Shown piece after piece: positions 40,201 to 51,589 of a DNA stretch of 64,000 nt; position 1 is the first letter of the stretch, and every line of letters begins with the position of its first letter. The notes beneath the pieces were generated by a model. The model was not told where the DNA came from and ran no database searches. It worked only from the letters and a program-made list of their open reading frames with translations. This stretch comes from Macrostomum hystrix (Eukaryota > Animalia > Platyhelminthes). The stretch is from positions 6,510,001 to 6,574,000 of the forward strand of contig CATNEN010000039.1 of NCBI GenBank assembly GCA_950097015.1. Direction: 5' to 3'. The position numbers and the translations under genes are program-made.

Positions 40201-41240
40201 TGCTAGCCTGACTCTCTACTTAAGTAGTATGCTCGAAACTTTTATAGGCTGCACGAGTCTTTTGAGAGAAAGAGATACTGAATGCGAGATATCGAATAGG
40301 AAATTTAATAATAATATCTGCAGAAGGTTTCTGGGCACTGGCATATCATTTGGTGGCAGTCGACCCGCTGCCAACGAGCGGCGAATTCGTTAACTCCAGG
40401 GTTGTACATCTGCCTTGACTTTCTCATCGTCAGGCAGTGTACACTCTCGCTAGATTAATTTTTTACTGTAAAGCATGCTCCAGCACTCGACTTCGCACTT
40501 TTAGTTACAAATCGAATGTTCCGCTCATTGCTGTTGTGTTACATCCAACCGGAAGTGCTGAATTATCTCAGACATTTAAATTCTTAACACCGCGCATTTC
40601 AGACGACGGCGGCTGGACAGGCGTCACCATCGGCCAAGGATGAATTCGAGAAGTGACAATGCGGTGCGTATACCTTTGATCAAATGTGCATCGTCAGAAA
40701 GTTTGAAAAAATCGGCTACTCGGTAGCTAAGTACAGTTTATTTGATTATGAATTCGAATTCAGGAGACCCAGTTTCCTAGCAACGGTGCGGCAACCTTGC
40801 TGGATGCGGAGACCATGACCGAGGCACCGACGGAGCCGCCCGTCAGCCGACAGAACCGCCTGCAGCAGCAGCAGCCGCCGGCGCATCGTTTCCAGGAAAG
40901 CGTGGAAGTCAATGGCAGTGGACAGCCGCAGCTTCAACGGCCTTCGCATTCGATCGCTGGGAATCAGCGTCCGCCGCAGCACCATCGGCCGCCGCCAATC
41001 TCCTTGGACCACCGCGGCGTGTCAACCCGACCTGTCTTCGACTACAGCGTCGGACTTCAGCAGCGCGGCAGCGAAGATCCTGACCTCGGCACGGAGCTCA
41101 GCGTGCTGATGCAGCTGGAGCGCTCCCAGCAGCCGCACCAGCTGCTAGCTATGCGGCCCATCGAGGAGGCTGAAGACGTTGCGCTGCTGCCATTTCCAGG
41201 CCACGGGCTTCCGACCTCGAGGCACCCTTCGGCGTCGTGA
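28224..41240 (+). CDS. Neuregulin/Vein-type EGFR (ErbB) ligand: signal peptide, N-terminal domain, Ig I-set, EGF, TM, cytoplasmic tail
   Basis: Exons: 28224-28746 ([35 protein letters not shown]); 35645-35804 and 35874-35989 (Ig: [37 protein letters not shown]); 36351-36459 and 36618-36667 ([28 protein letters not shown]|[10 protein letters not shown], split by an intron between Cys4 and Cys5 as in EGFR ligands); TM exon 37559-37676 or 40041-40170; 40603-40663 ([12 protein letters not shown], basic juxtamembrane); 40764-41240. Confidence 0.82.
28752..29212. repeat. 15-bp minisatellite (GTGTCTACCCATCCA)n
   Basis: Begins immediately after the donor gtgagt at 28747; artificially extends ORF 27900-29219 with VYPSS repeats. 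Confidence 0.97.
31350..35273. repeat. ~27-bp minisatellite (CAGCGACCCTTTCACAGTGCCCCCTCM)n, ~3.9 kb
   Basis: Intronic tandem array with indel variants; explains ORFs 31319-35404. Confidence 0.97.
36165..36322 (+). mobile_element. tRNA-derived SINE, family B (internally deleted copy)
   Basis: TAGCCCAGT..AGAGCGTC..GAGTTCGACTC head; CCAGTCCATGGACTGAACA..GCAATAGCTGCGGCTG body is the reverse complement of the 49140-49400 and 56795-57080 copies. Confidence 0.6.
37559..37676 (+). CDS. Neuregulin-like gene, transmembrane exon A
   Basis: ttgcag acceptor, phase 1 in / phase 2 out; [40 protein letters not shown]; donor AG|gtctgc. Confidence 0.65.
37830..39805. repeat. 24-bp minisatellite (CTCTATGGGATTCTCTATGATAAT)n
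   Basis: Tandem array lying between the two TM exons. Confidence 0.97.
40041..40170 (+). CDS. Neuregulin-like gene, transmembrane exon B
   Basis: tttcag acceptor, phase 1 in / phase 2 out; [44 protein letters not shown]; donor gtaagt. Confidence 0.7.
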
Positions 41241-42559
41241 ACTCAACCATGACTTGGACCCGGCTGTAATTCAGACTGCTAGAGAAAGATAGTTTAGCTC
41301 ATTGGATTGTATTGGAACTGGCTTTGATGCCAGTAGCTACATTGTTCGGTCGTTCATTATTTTGATCGCCTTTCGGACGTCCAGTGTCTGTCGAGAGTTG
41401 AGACGGAAGCGGCAGTTGTTTACTGAAGAAAACTACCGCTATACAGAAACTCAGGCGCCACGTTGTTTTCCTATTTATTTCACCTACATTTTTTATCGGA
41501 TTAGTTAAGCTAAGGACATGAGCTACTTTCAGTAACATACGAGCTAGATTTGCACTTCAAGCTCGTTTATAATGATTCCATTCTAAACTAAGTTTTCGTT
41601 TAAATTATTTAGCAGCTCGACGAACAGTTAATTTTCACTTTCGATTACTCGCCGATCTCTGCAATACATTTTGAACGTGTTACGAATTATAGTAACGATT
41701 AGAAACCTGATGCGGCATATCTCTGCTTAATCCTGTCATACTCTTTCAGTGCTTACAGCATCCACTTTTTAAAGTCACACTTTGTCCGTTGTACAAAGTC
41801 TGCTCCTAGGTTGGCCCTAGTAAGCGCAGATGAAAAAAATTGCACTGAGTCGCTGTTGTGATGCAAAATTCTGAATTACCTCCAACCGTTTACCCTTATT
41901 CTGCTCGATGGCTTTGTCCCATTTGTCTTTCTGCTACACACTGTGACAGAGCCGTAAAAAGCGAACATGATCAAACAGATTACCTCATTCTCTAACCACC
42001 TGCTAGAGCAATGCACCTAAGCTCACTCACGTCTTTGAAGTGATATTGCCTTTTGTTCTCTGTAATCCAAGAAAGAATTTTACCTCGATGGCCACAGTTG
42101 TTGGCAGTTGATGACAATTAACAAATTAACCGCAGTAAATCGACCTGCTATCGACCTCGGTACATTTTATTAGCGCCGACTTGCTTTATAAACAAATGAA
42201 ATTTAACATCTTCACATTCACCCCTGTTTATTGCTTGTTAGCTTTTGTTCAATAACGTAATTGAATTAACTAAGCAATTCATGACATCTATTAATTAGAC
42301 CTTATATTTGTTAGCCTATTGTTGGTTAAAAACCGATTTTACTAAATCAACATTCATTGCTCTGCTGCTGGACCATGCTTACAAAGCCTGAATCTGATCA
42401 ACTGCCCCTAAAAATGTAGAAATAGAATGTTTATACACTAATTATTCAGATAGAACTTGTTTTATAAATCATTGCTGCTTTTTTGTGCAAAGTTATATTA
42501 ATACTCGTACTTCTCAAAGTGTCTTGTTGACTATATAAAACTGTTTATGATTTCATGAA

Positions 42560-44520
42560 ATTATGAGCTCCTGAGTTTATGAGCGATTGAGTTTATGAGC
42601 GATTGAGTTTATTAGTTCATGAGTTTATGAGTTCACGAGTGTGAGGTTTTTAGTCAATGAGCGAGTGAGTTTATGAGCGAGTGAGTTTATGAGCGATTGA
42701 GTTTATGAGCGATTCAGTTTATTAGTTCATGAGTTTATGAGCTAGTGAGTTTATGAGCTCCTGAGTTTATGAGCGATTGAGTTTATTAGTTCATGAGTTT
42801 ATGAGCTAGTGAGTTTATAAGCAAGTGAGTTTATGAGCTAGTGAGTTTATGAGCGAGTGAGTTTATGAGCGATTGAGTTTATGAGCGATTGAGTTTATTA
42901 GTTCATGAGTTTATGAGCTAGTGAGTTTATGAGCGAGTGAGTTTATTAGTTCATGAGTTTATGAGCTAGTGAGTTTATGAGCTCCTGAGTTTATGAGCGA
43001 TTGAGTTTATTAGTTCATGAGTTTATGAGCTAGTGAGTTTATAAGCAAGTGAGTTTATGAGCTAGTGAGTTTATGAGCGAGTGAGTTTATGAGCGATTGA
43101 GTTTATGAGCGATTGAGTTTATTAGTTCATGAGTTTATGAGCTAGTGAGTTTATGAGCGAGTGAGTTTATTAGTTCATGAGTTTATGAGTTCACGAGAGT
43201 GTGAGGTTTTTAGTCAATGAGCGAGTGAGTTTATGAGCGAGTGAGTTTATAAGCGAGTGAGTTTATAAGCGAGTGAGTTTATGAGCGAGTGAGTTTATAA
43301 GCGAGTGAGTTTATAAGCGAGTGAGTTTATGAGCGAGTGAGTTTATGAGCGAGTGAGTTTATGATCGAGTGAGTTTATAAGTGAGTGTGTTATGAGCGAG
43401 TGAGTTTATAAGCGAGTGAGTTTATGAGCGAGTGAGTTTATGAGCGACTGAGTTTATGAGCAAGTGAGTTTATAAGTGAGTGAGTTTATGAGCAAGTGAG
43501 TTTATAAGTGAGTGAGTTTATAAGTGAGTGAGTTTATAAGCGAGTGAGTTTATGAGCGAGTGAGTTTATGAGCGACTGAGTTTATGAGCAAGTGAGTTTA
43601 TAAGTGAGTGAGTATATGAGCAAGTGAGTTTATAAGTGAGTGAGTTTATGAGCGAGTGAGTTTATAAGCGAGTGAGTTTATGAGCGAGTGAGTTTATACG
43701 AGTAAGCGAGTGAGTTTATACGAGTAAGCGAGTGAGTTTATGAGCGAGTGAGTTTATACGAGTAAGCGAGTGAGTTTATGAGCGAGTGAGTTTATGAGCG
43801 AGTGAGTTTACAAGCGAGTGAGTTTATAAGTGAGTGAGTTATGAGCGAGTGAGTTTATAAGTGAGTGAGTTATGAGCGAGTGAGTTTATAAGCGAGTGAG
43901 TTTATGAGCTCCTGAGTTTATGAGCGAGTGAGTTTATGAGCAAGTGAGTTTATAAGTGAGTGAGTTTATGAGCTCCTGAGTTTATGAGCGAGTGAGTTTA
44001 TGAGCGAGTGAGTTTATGAGCGAGTGAGTTTATAAGCGAGTGAGTTTATGAGCGAGTGAGTTTATACGAGTAAGCGAGTGAGTTTATGAGCGAGTGAGTT
44101 TATACGAGTAAGCGAGTGAGTTTATGAGCGAGTGAGTTTATGAGCGAGTGAGTTTATGAGCGAGTGAGTTTATGAGCGAGTGGGTTTACAAGCGAGTGAG
44201 TTTATAAGTGAGTGAGTTATGAGCGAGTGAGTTTATAAGCGAGTGAGTTTATGAGCTCCTGAGTTTATGAGCGAGTGAGTTTATGAGCAAGTGAGTTTAT
44301 AAGTGAGTGAGTTTATGAGCGAGTGAGTTTATGAGCGAGTGAGTTTATGAGCGAGTGAGTTTATGAGCAAGTGAGTTTATAAGTGAGTGAGTTTATGAGC
44401 TCCTGAGTTTATGAGCGAGTGAGTTTATGAGCTCCTGAGTTTATGAGCGAGTGAGTTTATAGGCGAGTGAGTTTATGAGCGAGTGAGTTTATTAGTTCAT
44501 GAGTTTATGAGTTCACGAGA
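42560..44520. repeat. 16-bp minisatellite (GAGTTTATGAGCGAGT)n
   Basis: Intergenic tandem array with variants. Confidence 0.95.
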
Positions 44521-45102
44521 GTGTGACCAACTAGTAACCAACAGCAAAACTGGTTTGCTTCTAATTTTAGCGTAAGCCAAAATTAACAATGAGCTAATCG
44601 CTAAAAATGTCTTGTGCATCGCCCTATTTATATAATTTGAGAGTACAGCATGGCTACTATCGTCCTGAAATTGTTCCATTAAAAGCATGAACAAACTATT
44701 TATCATATCAGCCTTCCTTACAAATAGGCTAGGCCTCTGTCTTGTCTAGGATTCGTCTGTTCATTTTCAGGCATTTGCTTTAAACTGCTTTCGCGTGGCC
44801 CTGGCATGAAGTCTATGCTTCTGCGTTTCAGTGCTGCTTGTTTGGCCAAGTCCGTCCGCACTGTACACTCCTGCCCCTCATGTACGTTCTGTTCTCAGCG
44901 TACACTTTGTCAACATTAACTCGGTAGAAAAAGAAGTCCGTCTCTCTCCCCTGCCTTAGCGACCACAGCATGATTCACCGTTTTTGGCAGTGAATAGAGC
45001 TTTATAGTTCCTTGTTTGGTTGAACATTCATAAAGGAAATTTAAAAAGCCTGCAGCAATTCACGTCACTCGCGTCAACTCGCTTACAGAGCTCGCATCTG
45101 CA

Positions 45103-48100
45103 ATGGACTTGCCAGATGAAGACCTTTTGCTTGAACTGACCAGTCCCGGCTTTCGAATGGGACATCCGTCGGCAATTCAGAGTCAGAAAAGTGCAAACTT
45201 TGAGGAGTTGGTACACGAGCTGTTTAGCGCGGACGCCGATCATGAACTTGGCGGCTCGATGGCCATTCAAACGGGGTTTATTGACGATTCCAAGGTAAAA
45301 TTTACCTTCAGACACATTCATTTTTACTACAGGTAGGACTTCTAACTAGAGTTACCTGTGAGAAATTATGAGTCTGTGAGTCGCTAAGGAATTGGGTGAA
45401 TCGGTGACTCTGTGGACCTGTGAGTCGTATAGGGAATTGGGTGAATCGGTGACTCTGTGGACCTGTGAGTCGTATAGGGAATTGGGTGAATCGGGGACTC
45501 TGTGGACTTGTGAGTCGTATAGGGAATTGGGTGAATCGGTGACTCTGTGGACTTGTGAGTCGTATAGGGAATTGGGTGAATCGGTGACTCTGTGGATCTG
45601 TGAGTCGCTAAGGAATTGGGTGAATCGGGGACTCTGTGGACCTGTGAGTCGTATAGGGAATTGGGTGAATCGGGGACTCTGTGGACCTGTGAGTCGTATA
45701 GGGAATTGGGTGAATCGGTGACTCTGTGGATCTGTGAGTCGCTAAGGAATTGGGTGAATCGGTGACTCTGTGGACCTGTGAGTCGTATAGGGAATTGGGT
45801 GAATCGGTGACTCTGTGGACCTGTGAGTCGTATAGGGAATTGGGTGAATCGGGGACTCTGTGGACCTGTGAGTCGTATAGGGAATTGGGTGAATCGGGGA
45901 CTCTGTGGACCTGTGAGTCGTATAGGGAATTGGGTGAATCGGGGACTCTGTGGACTTGTGAGTCGTATAGGGAATTGGGTGAATCGGTGACTCTGTGGAC
46001 TTGTGAGTCGTATAGGGAATTGGGTGAATCGGTGACTCTGTGGATCTGTGAGTCGCTAAGGAATTGGGTGAATCGGGGACTCTGTGGACCTGTGAGTCGT
46101 ATAGGGAATTGGGTGAATCGGGGACTCTGTGGACCTGTGAGTCGTATAGGGAATTGGGTGAATCGGTGACTCTGTGGACCTGTGAGTCGTATAGGGAATT
46201 GGGTGAATCGGTGACTCTGTGGACCTGTGAGTCGCTAAGGAATTGGGTGAATCGGGGACTCTGTGGACCTGTGAGTCGTATAGGGAATTGGGTGAATCGG
46301 TGACTCTGTGGACTTGTGAGTCGTATAGGGAATTGGGTGAATCGGTGACTCTGTGGATCTGTGAGTCGCTAAGGAATTGGGTGAATCGGTGACTCTGTGG
46401 ACCTGTGAGTCGTATAGGGAATTGGGTGAATCGGTGACTCTGTGGACCTGTGAGTCGTATAGGGAATTGGGTGAATCGGGGACTCTGTGGACCTGTGAGT
46501 CGTATAGGGAATTGGGTGAATCGGGGACTCTGTGGACCTGTGAGTCGTATAGGGAATTGGGTGAATCGGTGACTCTGTGGATCTGTGTGTTGCTAAGGAA
46601 TCGGTTTGTGAGGCCTGACACATGTACTAGCAGCATTATTTTATCTAGGATTATCGCATATGCTTTTAATTAGTGAAGGGTGTTGCACAGCTTGGGTAGA
46701 CCTTGACTTGACTCTACTGCAAGTTCATAGTTGACTCCTGACAACGTGTGCGCAGTCACGGCTAGTGAGGAAATGAAAGTCATTTCTTACTTTGCTTGCT
46801 TTGGTATTCGGTCTTTCTGCCTGGGGCATTTTGGTTTTGCTGGGTTTAAGTGTACGTACTGTTGAGTCGTGGCCTCAAATACTCGTACCAACCGAGTATA
46901 ATGCCATGCACAGTACTTAGCCATGCTGCAGTGACAGAAAAGAAAGTTTTCGAGACTTGACTTTTGCGTGGAGTGGGCAGTGAGCATTTGAAATAGCCCG
47001 TGGTCTTACAAGGGCTCGTTTCTCATGCGATCAGCATGTGTCTCTTATATATCTGATTAGCCTGCTAGCCTGAACTGAGACATGTGACGTAAGCGATAGT
47101 CCAGAAAAAGGCACAGTCGATGACCAAGTCAGAATGAGTCAGATCAGAAGCCAAGCTGAAATATAACGCTTGGATGGATGACGAGTTCGCCTGTTATTGA
47201 TTAACTTCAAGACTCAAAAAGTAAAACAATTTCCACCTGGCTGAAACGCAGCTTTTAGAGGAGGCTCTTAAATCGTGGCAGCCGCCGCCGCTGCCAGAAG
47301 CGATGGACATGGACACCGGGGCGCCGTCTGGCCTGTCGCAGCCAGTCAGTAGTGGCATCACCAACATGGCGCAGACGCTGGAGTACCCTGCCACGCTGCA
47401 GATGACTCAGGAGCCGCGGCATCCGGAGCAGTCAGAGGCTAGTCAGTCTCTACCGGAACTGCCCGTGTTTAATCCCCCCAGACCTAGGGCGCTGCCGCTG
47501 CTGGAGACGGTCGACGTCGAAATTGTTGACGAAATCCTGACGCCGTTGTCGTCATGCGGCACGGAGGTGACGCAGGCTGCCCAGATGCTTCCACAGTCTG
47601 AGCTTCCACAGCAGGTCCAGCTGAAAGAGGCGAAGGTGAAGAAGCCTAGCAAAGCCAGCAGTTCCACGAGCTCGCTTGACGCGACCCAGATTACCAAGAT
47701 TGTGAACGAAATCCAAGCTTATGTGGGTAAGAAAACCTCCTGGATTTCATGATCCACCATTATGCCGTTCGTTTATAAAGACTGGAACCCTGAAGATCAG
47801 GTCAATATTTCGTATTTTTAAGGCCAATATTCCTAACCACTAAGCTACAAGGTCCCTGGACTCTAAGCTAGAAGTTGAGGATGAAAATGGAGGTTTGTGC
47901 ATTTCTCTTTAGGTCAGGGGTCGGCAAACTTATTTGCTGGCGGGCCAAAGAGAGAATCTAAAAGACGACAGCGGGCCGCTTTGATTATATAAATATGATA
48001 TAAGGGAGAGATGAGACACGGGAAAGATGAGACAGAGATAACGGAAGAGACGAGAAAGGGGAGAGATGAGACACTGGAGAGATGAGACATGGGAGAGATG

Positions 48101-49948
48101 ACACACGGGAGAGATGAGACATGGGAGAGATGAGACACTGGAGAGTTGAGACATGGGAGAGATGACACACGGGAGAGATGAGACATGGGAGAGATGAGAC
48201 ACTGGAGAGTTGAGACATAGGAGATATGACACACGGCAGAGATTAGACACGGGAGAGTTGGGACAGGATACTGTAGGTGTTGGAAGGGGCAACGGGCCGG
48301 ATTTGGGAGCTTCGAGGGCCGCATCTGGCCCGCGGGCCGGAGTTTGCCGACCCCTGCTTTAGGTGAAAAAATACCCGCCAGATATGCCATGCAATGCGCT
48401 TACTTGTAGCTTTTAGCTTATTCTTAACTTAACGAGCGTAGAATGTCTCGTGCAAGCAGCAGTAGTTGAGCTATCTGCATCTTTAATCGTTTTTTTGTAG
48501 CAAAGTTCCACAAGAGTGGCGGCGCCGTGTCCAGCAATGGAAAGATCCAGGTACACGAAGCTGTTCTATCAATGCTGCTAGTGAGCCAGCGAACACCGAA
48601 GTTCAGGAGCATTCTCAGCTTCTGCACCGAGGACGGCACGGAGACGCAGGACACCAGCCAGAATTTCATGTCTCGCGACACCAAAACTATGGGCCGGATC
48701 TGGCAAAACCTCAAGGGCAACAGAAATGCCAACTTTGACACCTTTGCCAGGGCCATGAGGTAATTGACTTGCTGTCACTAATTTAAAGCGTTTAACAGAT
48801 GGCTGAACTGAAGAAGCGTAGAATTTAGTGCCTTACTCAAAGACATTCTTGGGTTGAGATCGAACTCCTGACCCCTCGTTAAAAAATCGAAGCTCTTTCT
48901 GTTTCTATTCTATTGTAATTTCTATTTTATTCTGACCGCATCGATTATGAGCAGAACGATGAGAGATTGTGAGCAGTGCGCACCCTTAGTATTAAATTGA
49001 GCAAGAGAATGAGCTACATCCATTAGTAGCGTTGGTCAGTACAGTACATGCTGCATGCCTACGTATTTTTATGATAAGCATTCACTTTATATTCAGGACT
49101 GAATAAAAATGACTACAGAGAGCAGAAATTTTTTTTATTACATCTGCCCCGATCGGGCCAGATGTGCAGCCGACAGCACAGCCGCAGCTATTGCGCGGCG
49201 CATCTGAAGACTGCGTACGGCTGTTCAGTCCATGGACTGGGCGAGGCCACACTCACCGTCAATAACCCCAGCTGATGCTGGTTACCCATTTAACAGCTGG
49301 GTGAACTGAAGCAATGCAGAGTTAAGTGTCTTGCTAAAGGACACAAATTGTTCCATTGGAGTCAGGAATCGAACCCCCGACCTTCGTTGTTGAAATCGAT
49401 AGTCATTAGTAAAAATGTACAAGCCCTAAGTAAGTCTAGGACTCAAAATTTTCCAAAATTTCACTATCTCTAGCTAGGACTAATGACTTCCAAGTGACAC
49501 GCAGCTGTGCATGAAGGTAGCGACATAGCCATCCTCACTTAAACTGCAGAGTGGGTCGTGAGCGCCACAAAGACTATTTTGTTTACCTGAGCGGTGGCAA
49601 AGGCACAAAGAAGCGAATCTACCAGCTGGGCAGCAAAGCACTCAGTGAGCTTCAGCTGATGAGGCGAGTCACCGGCGAGTGAGTGAGCCAGAAACATCAC
49701 GTGAGAGCCTCCTGATTATCACGTAGTTATTGTCAATAACTGTCATTTTTCTGTCATAATTTTCATCCGAAAATAACTACTTTACTTTACAAGTGATTGT
49801 CGATTTATCGCTATCCTAAATATCCAAGTGATGGAATGTAGCGCTTACAAATGAATGGAAATTCACAATTTGTAACTTTCATTCCATATCAGAACATAAT
49901 TTTCTTTGCCTGTAACTTTTTAATTCCAGGCTCCACATTCGCACCTGA
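45103..49948 (+). CDS. Divergent ETS-domain transcription factor-like gene (possibly a pseudogene; ETS wing truncated)
   Basis: Exons ~45103-45294, ~47252-47726, 48501-48759 and 49930-49948. Exon 3 reads GKIQVHEAVLSMLL..FRSILSF..NFMSRDTKTMGRIWQNLKGNRNANFDTFARAMR, aligning with ETS QIQLWQFLLELL..I.W..FK..D...VAR.WG.RK....MNYDKLSRALR. The next acceptor gives only RLHIRT*. Confidence 0.6.
45375..46600. repeat. 44-45-bp minisatellite (GTGAGTCGTATAGGGAATTGGGTGAATCGGTGACTCTGTGGACCT)n
   Basis: Tandem array in the first intron of the ETS-like gene. Confidence 0.96.
47915..48356. mobile_element. Non-autonomous hAT DNA transposon (MITE)
   Basis: Perfect 16-bp TIRs CAGGGGTCGGCAAACT / AGTTTGCCGACCCCTG; perfect 8-bp TSD CTTTAGGT (47907-47914 and 48357-48364); internal GAGAGATGAGACAC repeat. 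Confidence 0.93.
49140..49400 (-). mobile_element. tRNA-derived SINE, family B (CORE-like domain)
   Basis: Minus strand GGTTCGATTCC B-box followed by TGTGTCCTTTAGCAAGACACTTAAC..TTCACCCAGCTGTTAAATGGG, resembling the CORE/MIR domain; second copy at 56795-57080. Confidence 0.78.
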
Positions 49949-49957
49949 GCTTACTAC

Positions 49958-50796
49958 CAGTAGGACTACCAAGTCATTTTGCCACCTGTTTTTATACCAA
50001 GGGGGGTCCAAAAACTATTTTGGCAGCGCCTGAATGCTGACAGTGTTGAGCGGTGACTGATTGGTTGACAGACTAGACGATGGTGTCTGTCATGCCGTAG
50101 TCTACTAGCTCACGTATCGCTTTGCCGGTCAATCTAATATGTACATATCACTAACTCTCGCTCACTATGTGCATGCCCCCCCACGCGCACGTTGATCGTA
50201 TCGGTGGCACGTTGAGACAAATACGTAAATACAGTCTCGCCCTACTTAGAGGGCTCACCTTTTTCTTCGCACCTCACACAGATTGACTCTTGAGTTATTA
50301 CAGTGTCCTGTGATTGAGCTGCGCCTAATATTTAGGCTTGATCAGTGAAACAGGGAAATGTAGAAATTCGCGTCAGGGTGTCCATAGTGGCCTATTTCCA
50401 CCTGTTGTAGCCCTTGAAGGTCCAGCAGTCCGTCTAGATAAAGGTGACCACCGAAGACGGAGATGATGCAAGCACATTCGGGTGACATGCTGATAAATTT
50501 TGAAGGCCTGGCAAGGCCGCACTGAGGCGCAGTGCTACTTTGTGTATCGGGGTGTATGAAATACACTAGCGCTTATGGGAAAAATCGGACCTCCGGCCAG
50601 AACCATTGAATATCTCGACGGTCTGAAGAGCTAGCGACTTGATTGCTGTTTCAGAAGATGTTTTTGGGATCCGTGTTCTTGGGTTTCGTGTGCTTGCGTT
50701 GTTCCGTTCTGGTGAAGCACCAAAAATTGTCAGGGGGAGAATGTCGACCCCCTCATTACCCCCTCAGGGGGGAAATTCCCCTTGGTAGTTCTACTG
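49958..50796. mobile_element. Non-autonomous TIR DNA element, copy 1
   Basis: TIRs CAGTAGGACTACCAAG / CTTGGTAGTTCTACTG (15/16 match); long colinear similarity to 57351-57930. Confidence 0.8.
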
Positions 50797-51304
50797 TTAA
50801 TAAGAACCTCTGCTCTTGACTCACCAAAGTGGTTCAATTTGTTTTTTATCTGCCACATATTTTTGTGACTGAAGTCCCCAATTGCTATTGATTTTGTCTG
50901 GTAGATGGAACACTGTAATTTTACTAACGTCATGCGTAGTGTGTAATGTACTCTTTTCAACAATGTAACTTGCTGAAGAACAGCACTGTACTCTAATGGA
51001 GTCAAGCAGTACTAATTAAAGTAGATACTGTACATGTGTTTTCTGTACTGCTTTGCACGATTCAAATACGATACATACTGTGTGTACACCCGCTTTTCTA
51101 AATACAGATTCGCATGCCTTTTATCTGAAGATTAAGAGAAACTGATGATTTCACTTCATCTATTGAGTGTCTTTAGCTGGTAGTTAGTTTTTATTCGAAC
51201 ACTGCATAGATAGTAAGCACCAGGCAGAAGACGCATGAATGGAAGCGTGTATTTTGTATACATTGGCACTAAATAAAGATAAACACCAACATTCGCATTA
51301 TTAT

Positions 51305-51589
51305 TTTTAAATTTTATCAATCCAAATAGCTAAATTAACGCGACATGTTTCGCCAAGTCAATCGCATCGTCAGGCTGATTTATTAGAGATTACAAAACCG
51401 AAAAGAACAGTAGGAATGCTGATCACATTATGTATGCAAAGTAGGCGAATGCAGCACAGAATGGAATGTGGCTAGTTTAAGAGGTAAGCGCATGTGTCAG
51501 GACGCCTTTAAATGGACACTCGCCCCTCTGCCAGCTAGTTGAATGTTCGTGGTGGGCTTGAGCTCTTTAATGTACAACGCCTCGAGAGT
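51305..51589 (-). mobile_element. 5'-truncated Penelope-like retroelement (GIY-YIG C-terminus plus 3' region)
   Basis: Minus strand 51589-51497 translates TLEALYIKELKPTTNIQLAGRGASVHLKAS*, the typical C-terminal end of a Penelope GIY-YIG endonuclease; followed by a hammerhead motif and an A-rich end. Confidence 0.78.
51331..51383 (-). ncRNA. Type I hammerhead ribozyme motif (Penelope-type, palindromic helix III)
   Basis: Minus strand: TAAATCAGC-CTGACGA-TGCGATTGACTTGGC-GAAA-CATG-TC-GCGTTAATTTA. It has the CUGANGA and GAAA cores, an ACAUGU palindrome, a GUC cleavage triplet and an imperfect helix I. Confidence 0.75.

Noticed and set aside
40404-40445. Hammerhead-like CTGACGA..GAAA..GTC in the family A SINE
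   Set aside because: There is no room for helix II or III, and the bases instead form a simple hairpin; this is not a hammerhead topology.
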